DNA of 43,069 nt from an uncultured bacterium. GTDB taxonomy: Bacteria; Hydrothermota; Tepidihabitantia; Tepidihabitantales; Tepidihabitantaceae. This document shows positions 15,566 to 27,156 of this stretch, piece by piece. The position numbers were made by a program, and so were the translations under genes. The DNA lies in the NCBI GenBank assembly GCA_964485845.1, contig CAZAKP010000003.1, positions 1 to 43,069 of the forward strand, given 5' to 3'. Under the pieces are notes generated by a model. The model searched no databases. It saw nothing but the letters and a program-made list of their open reading frames with translations, and was not told the DNA's origin. Numbering within the stretch: the stretch's first letter is position 1; every line of letters begins with the position of its first letter.

Positions 15566-15945
15566 ATCTCTATCGCCTGGACCGCGGCCTTTCCCGTTTC
15601 GATGAGAAAAGGGATCAGTTCGGTGAACGACTTCTTGCGGCGGTGATATAGAAACCGCACGAGCATCGCCAGGTTGGTGCCGCTGAGCACGGCGATGTGC
15701 GGGTGTTTGCGCTTGACCGCGACCCCAGCGTTGGCGCAGCTCGTGCCAAGCATGTCCGCAAAGACCACGACGTCGCCTTCGGGCAGGCCCAAGATTGCCT
15801 GTTCGAGCCGGCCGTGAAGCTCGTCCACCGGGCACTCGAGATTGGAGAGTGTGGTCACGCCATCGGTATCCGGCACGATGGCACGCGCCGCCTCCAGCAG
15901 GGCAAGGGGCAGGCTGCCCTGGCCGATGATGACGGCGCAGACCAC
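15562..15945 (-). CDS. PTS EIIA component, mannose/fructose family
   Basis: 127 aa: MVCAVIIGQGSLPLALLEAARAIV...VVVFADMLGTSCANAG...IAVLSGTNLAMLV. This matches the EIIA-Man fold pattern and the gene lies downstream of hprK. Confidence 0.75.
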   Translation of the reverse strand: MVCAVIIGQGSLPLALLEAARAIVPDTDGVTTLSNLECPVDELHGRLEQAILGLPEGDVVVFADMLGTSCANAGVAVKRKHPHIAVLSGTNLAMLVRFLYHRRKKSFTELIPFLIETGKAAVQAIEI

Positions 15946-15957
15946 TGCCGAGCTACC

Positions 15958-16929
15958 TCACTCCTGGTCGTCGGTGATGAAGGGGTCGATTCGCGGGGAC
16001 TTGCTCATTACCGAAGTAAGCGCGTCGTCGAAGACCTTGGCCGGCTGGTAACCGAAGACCTTGAGTATGTGGTTCTTGGCAATCACCTCGAGCACGAGTG
16101 CAAGGTTCTTGCCCGGAATGACCGGGATCGTCACTCGCGGTATCCTGACGCCGAGGATGTCAGTGAGCCGTTCTTCGATGCCGGTCCGTTCATAGTCCAT
16201 GCCCGGTTTCCATTGCACGAGCCTGACTTCGACCTCGATCCGTTTCTGGATACGGATGGCTCGCACCCCATAGAGGCTGTACACGTCAACGATTCCTACT
16301 CCGCGGATTTCGATGTGGTGCGCAAGTTCCGGAGTGCGGGCTGCCGAATAACCCATTACTATGCCGGTGCCGCGGCGCAGCACTTTGACGAGGTCATCGG
16401 CGATCAGCCGATGTCCCCGGTCGACCAGATCCAGCGCGCACTCGGATTTGCCAATGCCTGAATCGCCGGTGATGAGCAGGCCAACTCCGAAGACGTCGAC
16501 GAGCTCCCCGTTGACAAAGTCTTTCGGCGCAAGGCGGTAATCGATGAACGCGGTCAGCGCGTGAATGAACGGCGTGGTGTCCATCGGCGTGAGCAGGATC
16601 GGAACCTGGAAGTCGTCGGCCTCCGTTTTCCAGACATCAGGCGGATTCAGCCCTTTGGTCACGATAACGCAGGGGGGACGCAGCGTCAGGAGCCGGTGCA
16701 CGGCATCGCGCTGCTGTGCAGGAGTCATGGTCGCCAGGTATGACAGCTCGGTACTGCCGACGATCTGGAGGCGTTCGCGCAGGAACACACCGGTATACCC
16801 GGCCAGCGCCATGCCTGGCCGATTGATGTCGCCGGTGGCGACGATACTGGTCGCGAGCCCCTGCTTTCCCGCCACGACCTTCAAACCCCATTCCTCGCGC
16901 TTCTCAGCAGCGAGGTCGGCGACGGACAT
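15958..16929 (-). CDS. hprK: HPr kinase/phosphorylase
   Basis: GELVDVFGVGLLITGDSGIGKSECALDLVDRGHRLIADDLV...IEIRGVGIVDV is the canonical HprK P-loop plus signature. ATG 16929 gives 323 aa; the ORF-track start at 17025 overlaps hpf. Confidence 0.9.
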   Translation of the reverse strand: MSVADLAAEKREEWGLKVVAGKQGLATSIVATGDINRPGMALAGYTGVFLRERLQIVGSTELSYLATMTPAQQRDAVHRLLTLRPPCVIVTKGLNPPDVWKTEADDFQVPILLTPMDTTPFIHALTAFIDYRLAPKDFVNGELVDVFGVGLLITGDSGIGKSECALDLVDRGHRLIADDLVKVLRRGTGIVMGYSAARTPELAHHIEIRGVGIVDVYSLYGVRAIRIQKRIEVEVRLVQWKPGMDYERTGIEERLTDILGVRIPRVTIPVIPGKNLALVLEVIAKNHILKVFGYQPAKVFDDALTSVMSKSPRIDPFITDDQE

Positions 16930-16939
16930 CGGCCGAACG

Positions 16940-17266
16940 TCAGACTCCACTGGGTGGCGGCGGCGCGTGGTTGGGCCGTTTGCGGTCCTGGAACTTGCCC
17001 TGCTGGCGCAGCAGTTGGGCGACAACCTTGTCGATTACGTCGTTGACCGCGATGTACATGTCTTTTCCCTGTCCGGTAGCCGTGAGCACCGCATGACTGA
17101 GATGAACCTTGGCTTCGGCGATATCCTTTGCCCCTTCCTTGAGGAGGACGATTTCGGCCTTGATGATGTGGCTGTTGAAGTGGTCGAGCTTCTTCACTTT
17201 TTCATCCACGTGTGCTTTCAGATACGGCGTGATTTCGAGATGACGTCCAGTGAGCGTTAGGTTCAT
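16940..17266 (-). CDS. hpf: Ribosome hibernation promoting factor (HPF/RaiA family)
   Basis: MNLTLTGRHLEITPYLKAHVDEKVKKLDHFNSHIIKAEIVL...AVLTATGQGKDMYIAVNDVIDKV. GGAGGA lies 4 nt upstream of the ATG. Confidence 0.9.
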   Translation of the reverse strand: MNLTLTGRHLEITPYLKAHVDEKVKKLDHFNSHIIKAEIVLLKEGAKDIAEAKVHLSHAVLTATGQGKDMYIAVNDVIDKVVAQLLRQQGKFQDRKRPNHAPPPPSGV

Positions 17267-17296
17267 AGATTCCTCCTGATGGAAAACCTCTGTATC

Positions 17297-17324
17297 ATCA
17301 TAGGCGCTGCGGACCGATGGTCAA
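17297..17324 (-). promoter_or_regulatory. Sigma70-type promoter of hpf-hprK-EIIA operon
   Basis: The minus strand reads TTGACC (17319-17324), N16, TATGAT (17297-17302). Confidence 0.5.
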
Positions 17325-17452
17325 GCACTCCCTGAATCCGACATGGGATACCCGCGCAAAGACACGGGGCCTGGGGAGAATAACAGGCTCGGGTGATTCT
17401 GTCGGGTTGGTGTTCCAGATGTCTGCTTCGTCGAATGTCGGGTTTGGGCGCA

Positions 17453-18037
17453 TTAGAGTTCGCGCCGGCCCTCAAGCGCGCGCAGGATGGTTTCGGTGTC
17501 GGCAAGGTCGAGGTCGGAACCTACCGGCAGGCCCCGCGCAATCCGGGTGACGCGCACTCCCGCAGTCTTGAGCTGTCCGGCGACGTAGATGGCGGTCGCT
17601 TCTCCCTCGGTCGTCGGATTGGTGGCGATGATCACCTCGCGAACGCCGGATGCGGCCCTTGCCAGCAGCTCCTTTACGTGCAGGTCCTCGGGACCGATGT
17701 TGTCGATCGGTGACAGTATCCCACCCAGCACGTGATAGGCGCCGCGGTGCTGGCCGGATTGCTCCAAGGTAAGGACGTCGGCTGGCTCTTCGACGACACA
17801 GACTACCGAATGATCCCGAGTCGGGTCAGAGCAGATATCACACCGGTCCCCTTCGGTGAGACTGAAGCAGATGGGGCACGGCCGGAGCTTGGAGCTGGCC
17901 TCGATAATTGAATCCGCCATCTCGCGAGCGACCTCGGGCTGCTTGAGGAGGTGAAAAGCGATGCGCTGCGCCGTCTTGCGGCCGATCCCGGGCAGCTTCA
18001 CCAGCGTCGCTACCAGTTGGTCGAGGGAACGCCTCAG
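17453..18037 (-). CDS. recR: Recombination protein RecR (probable CTG start)
   Basis: Contains the KLPGIGRKTAQRIAFHLL HhH motif, a C4 zinc finger (CPICFSLTEGDRCDIC) and a Toprim region. The in-frame sequence upstream of GTG 18001 encodes RRSLDQLVATLV, which is RecR-like N-terminus. AAGGAG lies 5 nt upstream of CTG 18035-18037. Confidence 0.85.
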   Translation of the reverse strand: MRRSLDQLVATLVKLPGIGRKTAQRIAFHLLKQPEVAREMADSIIEASSKLRPCPICFSLTEGDRCDICSDPTRDHSVVCVVEEPADVLTLEQSGQHRGAYHVLGGILSPIDNIGPEDLHVKELLARAASGVREVIIATNPTTEGEATAIYVAGQLKTAGVRVTRIARGLPVGSDLDLADTETILRALEGRREL

Positions 18038-19509
18038 CGATGCTCCTTTTCGTCGACCTCGCCCAGGATGCGGCTGACTCTTTCGCGGGTAGGGTCCGGG
18101 GCCGGTTTCCTCGACAGCTGGACCGCGAGGTCAAGCGGCCGACCGGCGATCTCGGCAAGAATGGCAGCCAGCTGCGATCCGTTTTCTTCAAGTTTCTCGG
18201 CCGCCGACTTCTGCTTTGCCGGGAGCGAGATGGAAAGCACGTCGTCCTTGAGCGACACAGGAGTAGCAAGTTCCAGGAATCCGGCGAGCATCGGCCGATG
18301 GGCGTTGGTGCGAAGTCGCAGTTCGTCCCAGAGCGCGCTCATGGTCAGGGGACCGTCGGCGGCCGCGGGAGTTGCGCATTCGTCCGGTGTCGAGTCCCGG
18401 GGCGCAGCGGCGCCAGATGGACCCGAGCGACCCGATGCCAGCTCGAGCGACATCACTTCGAGCAGCACGCGTGGAAACTGCGTCGAGCCAGCCTGGGTTT
18501 CGTAGGCGGTGATGCCGTGGAGAATCCGTAAGAGGTTACCGCGACCAAATGCCCCGGCCTGACACAGCATGCGCTCGACCTCGTTCGGAAGTAGGCCCAG
18601 GTCACTTTCTCCGCCGCTGACTTCAAGCGCCAGCAGATTGCGGAAGTGCTGCACGACTCCCGTGTAGAACTCGATGTGGTCGTAACCTGACTCGAACAGC
18701 CGGTCGATGAAGTTCATCAGCCCTGGACCATTACCAGCAAGCACGAGGTCCGCATAGTCCGAAAATAACTCCGCCGGCACCAGCCCCAGCAGCTCTTCTA
18801 CGTCTTTTAGCTCGATTCCGTCCGGCCGATATGCCGCCAGCTGGTCGAGGATACCCTCGCCGTCACGGATCGCGCCATCGGCGCGGCGGGCTATCGCCAT
18901 CAGCGCGGAGTCCGAGGCTCTGATACTTTCCCGTCGGGTAAGCCACGTCAGTCGGTCCTTTATCTCGGTCGGCGTCGCCCGACGGAAGTCGAATCGCTGG
19001 CAGCGAGAGACTATGGTCGCAGGTACCTTGTGCGCCTCGGTCGTCGCGAAGACGAACTTCACGTGGGCCGGCGGCTCCTCCAGGGTCTTAAGCAGGGCGT
19101 TGAATGCCGACGGAGAGAGCATGTGAACCTCATCGATGATATAGATCTTGTATCGCCCGGAGCTTGGTGTGTACCTCGCGTTCTCACGCAGTTCGCGTAC
19201 GTCGTCCACGCTGTTATTCGATGCCCCGTCAATTTCGATGACGTCCAAGCTCCGCGAAGCCGCTATCTCAACGCAGAAAGAGCATACGTTGCATGGATCG
19301 ATGGTCGGTCCCTTCTCGCAGTTCAGGCTTTTCGCGAGGATGCGGGCGGTCGTGGTCTTGCCCACGCCCCGCGGTCCGCAGAACAGGTAAGCATTGGCCA
19401 GCCGGTTCCGTTCGATCGCGCGCTTCATCGTGTCGCGGACGTGGTCCTGTACCAGCAGTTCATCAAAGCGCTGCGGCCGGTACTTGAGAGTGAGGACGCT
19501 ACGTGCCAT
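18034..19509 (-). CDS. dnaX: DNA polymerase III subunit gamma/tau
   Basis: YRPQRFDELLVQDHV...YLFCGPRGVGKTTTARILAKSLNCE...CNVCSFC...VIEIDGASNNSVDDVRELRE. AGAGGA lies 8 nt upstream of ATG 19509. Confidence 0.9.
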   Translation of the reverse strand: MARSVLTLKYRPQRFDELLVQDHVRDTMKRAIERNRLANAYLFCGPRGVGKTTTARILAKSLNCEKGPTIDPCNVCSFCVEIAASRSLDVIEIDGASNNSVDDVRELRENARYTPSSGRYKIYIIDEVHMLSPSAFNALLKTLEEPPAHVKFVFATTEAHKVPATIVSRCQRFDFRRATPTEIKDRLTWLTRRESIRASDSALMAIARRADGAIRDGEGILDQLAAYRPDGIELKDVEELLGLVPAELFSDYADLVLAGNGPGLMNFIDRLFESGYDHIEFYTGVVQHFRNLLALEVSGGESDLGLLPNEVERMLCQAGAFGRGNLLRILHGITAYETQAGSTQFPRVLLEVMSLELASGRSGPSGAAAPRDSTPDECATPAAADGPLTMSALWDELRLRTNAHRPMLAGFLELATPVSLKDDVLSISLPAKQKSAAEKLEENGSQLAAILAEIAGRPLDLAVQLSRKPAPDPTRERVSRILGEVDEKEHR

Positions 19510-19567
19510 GGCCGGTTCCTCTTCTCGGCTACTGATTCGCCATCGCTCAGTCCCTATCAACACCAGA

Positions 19568-19849
19568 GGTCCGGTCGTGCGGGCGTCTTCGTCCGATCAG
19601 GGAGAGAGTCATGCGGGCAGGCGACTCCAACCAGGCAGACTTGCGACTGGCCACCAGTCCGCTTACCGTTGCTACCTTCCGGTTCTGGCGGGGTTCACGG
19701 CAGCGGCCATCGCAAGACCCGGCTTTCATCGTCGCCAGACTCGCAGACTTTGTTCGCCCCGGTTCGGCCTCGTGACGCTCTTTCGATCCCGCATGGGCGG
19801 GTTTCGGGTTACAGGGGACCGCCGACTCCCCATCTAGCACGACCGGACC
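19568..19849 (-). ncRNA. ffs: Signal recognition particle RNA, large (Bacillus-type, with Alu domain)
   Basis: The minus strand contains the domain IV core GTGAACCCCGCCAGAACCGGAAGGTAGCAACGGTAAG (GGAA tetraloop, AGCA loop). It also has an Alu-like 5' region GGTCCGGTCGTGCTAGATGGGGAGTCGGCGGTCCCCTGTAACC. The 3' end GCACGACCGGACC pairs with the 5' end. The location upstream of dnaX is the usual one. Ends are approximate. Confidence 0.8.
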
Positions 19850-19855
19850 AGAAAC

Positions 19856-20821
19856 CTAGCGGGTGAATATCTGCGGATCGGGAAACACGTTCTGCGTGTT
19901 TATGTCTTCCGGCAGTACGCCGGCGAGTCTGAGGCGGCTGGCGAGGGCGGCGACTGCGGGTTTGTTTATCTCCGTATTCCGTTGAATCTCGGGCAGGCGG
20001 CAGAACCCGCAGGACTGCGTGCAGTACGGGAAATGCCTGGCCAGTATCTGCTTCGCCGCATCGGCTTTGGTTTCGACCATCGCCATGGCAGCATCAGTGG
20101 CGATCTTCAGGCGCTTGGGTCCCTGGCGATAAGACTGTACGAAGCGCGGCGCAAACCCGACGGCTGCGCCGGGGAACGGCTGGGAGACAAACCGAGCGAG
20201 TGCGCTGTATTGGATGATGCGATATTGCGTCGTGTCCAGCGGGCACAGAAGCGGTTCAATCACCCAGGCCGCGTCGCAGTTGCCGGCAGCCAATTCCTGG
20301 TCGAGCGACGAGAGCGGGACCTCGGCGAGTTTCACGTCCTCGGCCCGGAGCCCGAGGTTGGTCAGCATGACCGGAATGTAGTCACGCACTTGCGGAGGAT
20401 AGATGAACCGACGGCCCCGGATGTCGGTAGCGGTCCTAACCGGAGACTTGAGCGGAGCGACGATCGCATCCACCGGGAGAGACTGGCGGAATTCCTCGCT
20501 CATGAAGACCTGCAGGGTTTCTCCTTTAGCGGCGATGTGCTTCAGAACCGCGCTCCACGGGAAGACGCCCACATCGACCTTGCCCGCAAAGAGGTCGGTC
20601 AGCGCCTGGTCAGGGTCGGAGTAGAAGACTAGGGTCGGATTGATGCGGTTTTTGACGAACAGGCTCTCATCAATGCCGACGAGTATCGGCAGTGCCGTTG
20701 ACGAGCTGTCACAGGCAAACTTGAGGTCAATCGGTCGGTTCTGTTGGATCTGCGGGTAGAGGATGACGAAAACCAGCAGGGCGGCGAGCAACACGATCAG
20801 GACATTGAGAAGTTTGGTCAT
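19856..20821 (-). CDS. Periplasmic substrate-binding protein, NMT1/SsuA-like (ABC transporter type)
   Basis: N-terminal membrane anchor MTKLLNVLIVLLAALLVFVIL. The pattern ...ALPILVGIDESLF...LFAGKVDVGVFPWSAV... is typical of the NitT/TauT-type binding fold. AAGGAAG serves as SD. Confidence 0.6.
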   Translation of the reverse strand: MTKLLNVLIVLLAALLVFVILYPQIQQNRPIDLKFACDSSSTALPILVGIDESLFVKNRINPTLVFYSDPDQALTDLFAGKVDVGVFPWSAVLKHIAAKGETLQVFMSEEFRQSLPVDAIVAPLKSPVRTATDIRGRRFIYPPQVRDYIPVMLTNLGLRAEDVKLAEVPLSSLDQELAAGNCDAAWVIEPLLCPLDTTQYRIIQYSALARFVSQPFPGAAVGFAPRFVQSYRQGPKRLKIATDAAMAMVETKADAAKQILARHFPYCTQSCGFCRLPEIQRNTEINKPAVAALASRLRLAGVLPEDINTQNVFPDPQIFTR

Positions 20822-20838
20822 GCTTGGGCTTCCTTGGG

Positions 20839-22476
20839 TTAGCGGCCCTTTCTCAGCTTGTCTGCGGTCTCGAAAGCCTTCAGGGCTTTGTCCTTCTGGT
20901 CGGTCTCCCGGTAGCAGATGCCGAGGTTCTGGTACGCATCAGCGCTGGAGGGGTCGAGTTTGACAGCAATCAGCAGATTGACGATGGCCCGTTCGTAGCC
21001 AGCTCTCGCGGCGTCCTTCCTGCCGGCATCGGAGAGAGCCGTGGCCAGACCAGTCTGGCTCGAACCCAGCCACAGGTATGCCTGCTCCATCAGTTGCGGC
21101 ATCCCGATGCTGAGGAACATGCCGGCAGTATCCGCGACGGTTGCGGCGGCGGTCAGGTGGCGCTCCCTCAGGTCGGGGAAGTAAAGCCAGCTGAACCCCA
21201 CATTTCTGCTTCCCTTGGCTGTTAGTATCGAGTCGACCGTCGCGGTCAGCCTGTCGGTTAGAGCGACGTGACCAGACTCGGCTATGGCCGGTGTCACGAG
21301 CGCGAGCACCGAGTCGAGCCAGGGCTGCGGTAGACGTCCAACCGGTACCACCGTGCCGTCAACTACGGCGCGCAGCGATTTCTCGGCCAAGCTGTCCTTC
21401 TGACCCTGGTACTGAGTGATTCCGAGGTTGAAGAGGGAGGTGAAGTCGGACGAGTCGTATTCCACCGCGCGGGCAAAAAGCGTCTCGGCCTTGGCCCGGA
21501 ATCGTTCCGAGGTATCCTTGTTGGTTTCAGTAGCGGCACGCAGCATGGCCGTGCCTGCCCGTGAACTGGCCGCGTTCAGGTTGTTGGCTGCGTAGAAAAG
21601 CCGGCTGGCGATCTGGGCCACATCGGCGAGTTGCTTGCTCGCACCTAGGGTGGTCTCGATGTACCGCTTCAGCTCAGACTGGTCCCGCAGCCGGCTTTTC
21701 TCAAGCAGCTGAGACGTTACCTGGTTCAACTTGACCGTGTCGGTGGGCTTCAGCAGCTTAGCCAGGTCGGCCTTGGCGGCAACGAAGCGCTTCTCATAGG
21801 AGGCAATCGCCTGGTCATAGTAAAACATGGTCGAATCCCAGCGCACGGCCTTTGCCTCGGCGCCGGACCAGAGGCTGTCCGGTTTCTCGAGAAAATAGAG
21901 CCCGAGCAGGCTCAGGGCCTCGGGTGCGCCCGCGTCCAGCTTCAGCAGGTTGTCGGCGGTTGCGCGCATGTCATCGTAGCGCTTGAGGGCCGAATAGATG
22001 TTGGCGACCAGCGCGTAGGTCTGGGATTTTGAGGGGTCGATCTTGAGTGCCGCGAGAGCGTAGCGGAGCGCCGAGTCGTAGTCCTCGATGTTGTATCTGG
22101 TCCGGGTCGCACTGATGAGTGCTGTCCAGGCGAGGTACTGCCACTGCTCGTTCGCGCGGATCCTGGCGGCGGCCGCCGTATCTCTGTCCATCGCGGCCAC
22201 AAAGTGATCGGCAGCAGCCGAGTCGTGGTGCAGCTGTTCTTCACAGAGTCCCAGCCAGAGTTCGATCTGGGCAAGGGTTGCATTGTCCGCGGTCGTTCCG
22301 TACACGGTCAGCGCTTTGGTGAACTGCTCCTTGGCACGGTCGTAGCGCTGGCCCTCGTAGTGGATCCGGCCGCCGCGCATCAGCGCGTCAAGCGGAATCT
22401 GCTGCGCGACGAGCGGCACAGCCAGCGCTGCCGTCAGCAGAATAATAGCCAGACTTGACTTGCGGAAACTTGGCAT
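20839..22476 (-). CDS. Secreted tetratricopeptide (TPR) repeat protein
   Basis: AAGGAGG lies 6 nt upstream of ATG 22476, followed by the signal peptide MPSFRKSSLAIILLTAALAVPLVA. TPR-like helices are present (e.g. ...PSSADAYQNLGICYRETDQKDKALKAFE...). Confidence 0.8.
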   Translation of the reverse strand: MPSFRKSSLAIILLTAALAVPLVAQQIPLDALMRGGRIHYEGQRYDRAKEQFTKALTVYGTTADNATLAQIELWLGLCEEQLHHDSAAADHFVAAMDRDTAAAARIRANEQWQYLAWTALISATRTRYNIEDYDSALRYALAALKIDPSKSQTYALVANIYSALKRYDDMRATADNLLKLDAGAPEALSLLGLYFLEKPDSLWSGAEAKAVRWDSTMFYYDQAIASYEKRFVAAKADLAKLLKPTDTVKLNQVTSQLLEKSRLRDQSELKRYIETTLGASKQLADVAQIASRLFYAANNLNAASSRAGTAMLRAATETNKDTSERFRAKAETLFARAVEYDSSDFTSLFNLGITQYQGQKDSLAEKSLRAVVDGTVVPVGRLPQPWLDSVLALVTPAIAESGHVALTDRLTATVDSILTAKGSRNVGFSWLYFPDLRERHLTAAATVADTAGMFLSIGMPQLMEQAYLWLGSSQTGLATALSDAGRKDAARAGYERAIVNLLIAVKLDPSSADAYQNLGICYRETDQKDKALKAFETADKLRKGR

Positions 22477-22575
22477 TGTGGTCCTCCTTAGACCTGCTGA
22501 AGAGCCGTGGCCTATGATAGCCATTTCAGTGGTACTGTCAACTCGCGGCGCAGCGCCGGCGGTGCCTTGTGGCGT

Positions 22576-22604
22576 TTGACTTGCTGGTGCCACACAAGTA
22601 TATT
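22576..22604 (+). promoter_or_regulatory. Sigma70-type promoter 8 nt upstream of gyrA GTG (leaderless geometry)
   Basis: TTGACT (22576-22581), N17, TATATT (22599-22604), then 8 nt, then GTG at 22613. No SD lies between. Confidence 0.5.
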
Positions 22605-22612
22605 TACCGCCT

Positions 22613-25060
<2,448 letters not shown>

Positions 25061-25120
25061 CCCACGGGCGCAGCTCGCTCTCCGTTTTCCGCTCAACACT
25101 CGTCGTTCTACTACCGCTGC

Positions 25121-26332
25121 GTGCTTGCCGTTTCGTGTGGTCTGCTGGCGGGTGTCGTCATGACGTGCGCAAGGCGGGTGGTAAGCCCGTCCGAACGGCC
25201 CGCGCGCATCTTCGTGACCGATGCGCGGCTGGACCGCATGCCGCTCTATGCCGCGGCGGTCAAGGCGCAGCAGTCAGTCAGCCCGACCATCTGGCTGGCG
25301 ATCGGTGACGCATTCGCCGACCGTCGACTGAAGAACCTGACCGACGGGGATGCCCAGGTGTCTTTGCTCAACCGGGCAGGTATTGACGCTATCGTTCTGA
25401 CGCCCGCGTGGCTCGGATTTGGTCTGCCCCGGTTGGCCGAGATCGTCTCAAAGGGCCGCTACTATGCTTTGTCGGCCAATCTCGTCGACGCGTCCGGTCA
25501 GACGATTGGTTACCCGTTCATGGTGAGGAGGAGCGGGACGGCTGTTGTTGCCATTACCGGCATTGTACTGGACTCCGCGAATGTACTTACGCACCTTGCG
25601 GGCATTAAGTACGCCGCGCCGGGGTTGGCGGCGGGCAAGGCGATTGCACTGATGCGGCAGCGGGCGGACCTGGTTGGGGTGATGGTCGAACCTCGTTCGA
25701 CCGGTCCGGCCTGGGGCGCTGACTTTGCGGTTGACTTGAACTCGTCAGCCGGGTACGCGATGACTCCCTCGGTCGACTCCAGCCGCATCAACTGCTATGA
25801 CGTCAGCGCAGACGCAAATCGCCTGACCGCGACGACCGTGGATCTTGTTCAGCTCGGGCCCGACACGTCAGTGGCGCGGCTGCTCGATTCTTTCCGCGCG
25901 GCGGCCGGTTCCCTGGCTGCGCGACCCCTGCCGGCGGCGCGTACACCGCGGACCCGTGCCCGGCTGACCGACGAACTGGTACGCGGTCTGCTCGCCGCCA
26001 AGTTGGCCGATGGGTTTCTGTGCGACTCGCTCTTCGTCGCTGACTCCAGCGAACCGACGTCGGTCGGGGATCTAATCGACATCCTGCGCGATCCGGGACG
26101 GCTGGCGCTCCTGCCGGTTTCGGGAGTCGATCTCGGTCGCTTGCCTCCAGAACTCGTGCTGCGGCCGGGACTGTCACGCGCCAAACTCAGCCAGGGGCAG
26201 ACGTATCGCGTCGCCACGACGGTCGACTACCTGCAGCGTCACCCGGATTTGGCGGAGCCGGGCTTCGATCTGTCGGCCCGGCCGCTCTGGACAATCTGCC
26301 TCCAAATCCTAGAATCTGGCTCAGTCAGATGA
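25121..26332 (+). CDS. Hypothetical lipoprotein, 5'-nucleotidase/metallophosphoesterase-like (weak)
   Basis: 403-codon ORF with a possible lipobox VVMTC. There is loose resemblance to UshA-type N- and C-terminal domains (..VSLLNRAGIDAIVLTPAW.., ..GDLIDILRDPGRLALLPVSG..). Catalytic motifs are not evident. Confidence 0.45.
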   Translation: MLAVSCGLLAGVVMTCARRVVSPSERPARIFVTDARLDRMPLYAAAVKAQQSVSPTIWLAIGDAFADRRLKNLTDGDAQVSLLNRAGIDAIVLTPAWLGFGLPRLAEIVSKGRYYALSANLVDASGQTIGYPFMVRRSGTAVVAITGIVLDSANVLTHLAGIKYAAPGLAAGKAIALMRQRADLVGVMVEPRSTGPAWGADFAVDLNSSAGYAMTPSVDSSRINCYDVSADANRLTATTVDLVQLGPDTSVARLLDSFRAAAGSLAARPLPAARTPRTRARLTDELVRGLLAAKLADGFLCDSLFVADSSEPTSVGDLIDILRDPGRLALLPVSGVDLGRLPPELVLRPGLSRAKLSQGQTYRVATTVDYLQRHPDLAEPGFDLSARPLWTICLQILESGSVR

Positions 26333-27036
26333 GCAGCTATATAAAGAGGTTCAAACTCGGCCGTTTCGTCTGGACGGTCCTCGTAGCCTTCTACTTCCTG
26401 GTCTTCTTCACGAACTTCTTCCGTGACGCGATGCCCAGCCGCATGGGGCTGCCTGTGCTGTTCGCATACGTCTTTGTCCTCTGGTTGTCGATCGAGTATT
26501 ACTTCGGCTCGCCTTTCTTTCAGTCGGGCGTGGTCGAGCATTCGGCGTTCTGGCGTGGCATCTTCGCCTTCTTTGTCTATCCATTCCTTGCCTACCTCGG
26601 CGCGGATCTCATCTGGTGGCACTGGACTCAGATCCCGGTTCCGTTCGCAGTCACCGGTGTTATCGGTCTCGTCGTCTTCGGCGTCGGCACATACCTCAGG
26701 TTGGGGACCTTGTTCGACCTGCTCAGGATCGCCCAGGTCAGGCCGCCGGCCCGGGGCAGCAAAGAGGAGACGGTATTCCTGCCCGAAAAACGGTTTGTGG
26801 GTCTCAGATTCCAGAGGATGACGCGCCACCCCCGTTACCTAGCCACCTTTGTTCAGCTGGCAGGTGCAGCCTTGGTTTTCCGTTCCTGGGGTGGCTTGGT
26901 GCTCGCGACTATCGCCGGGCTCCCGCTGCTGCTCGTACAGGCCGGGCACGAGGATGCTCACCTGCGGGACCTGCTCAAGAGCGAACTCAAGACGTACACC
27001 GAATCCGTGCCCGCGTTCTGGCCCCGCTTCCGTTAG
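26329..27036 (+). CDS. Isoprenylcysteine carboxyl methyltransferase (ICMT/PEMT) family membrane protein
   Basis: Polytopic membrane protein carrying the family motif ...LRFQRMTRHPRYLATFVQLAGAALVF.... The start overlaps the upstream stop codon (ATGA). Confidence 0.75.
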   Translation: MSSYIKRFKLGRFVWTVLVAFYFLVFFTNFFRDAMPSRMGLPVLFAYVFVLWLSIEYYFGSPFFQSGVVEHSAFWRGIFAFFVYPFLAYLGADLIWWHWTQIPVPFAVTGVIGLVVFGVGTYLRLGTLFDLLRIAQVRPPARGSKEETVFLPEKRFVGLRFQRMTRHPRYLATFVQLAGAALVFRSWGGLVLATIAGLPLLLVQAGHEDAHLRDLLKSELKTYTESVPAFWPRFR

Positions 27037-27101
27037 CCATACCAGTCCGCGTTTCCATCTGTCCACTGCCCGCTGGTACTCCGTCCGCTCCACCGCCAGA
27101 C

Positions 27102-27129
27102 TTGACATCGATGCAATGCAAGTTACATT
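27102..27129 (+). promoter_or_regulatory. Sigma70-type promoter of small Cys/His ORF
   Basis: TTGACA (27102-27107), N16, TACATT (27124-27129). Confidence 0.4.
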
Positions 27130-27156
27130 CAACTCACAGCCAAGCTGGAGGTAGAT

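Noticed and set aside
18034-19509. Programmed -1 frameshift site (A AAA AAG type) in dnaX for gamma/tau production
   Set aside because: No A-rich slippery heptamer was seen in the coding strand on visual inspection, so the feature cannot be supported.
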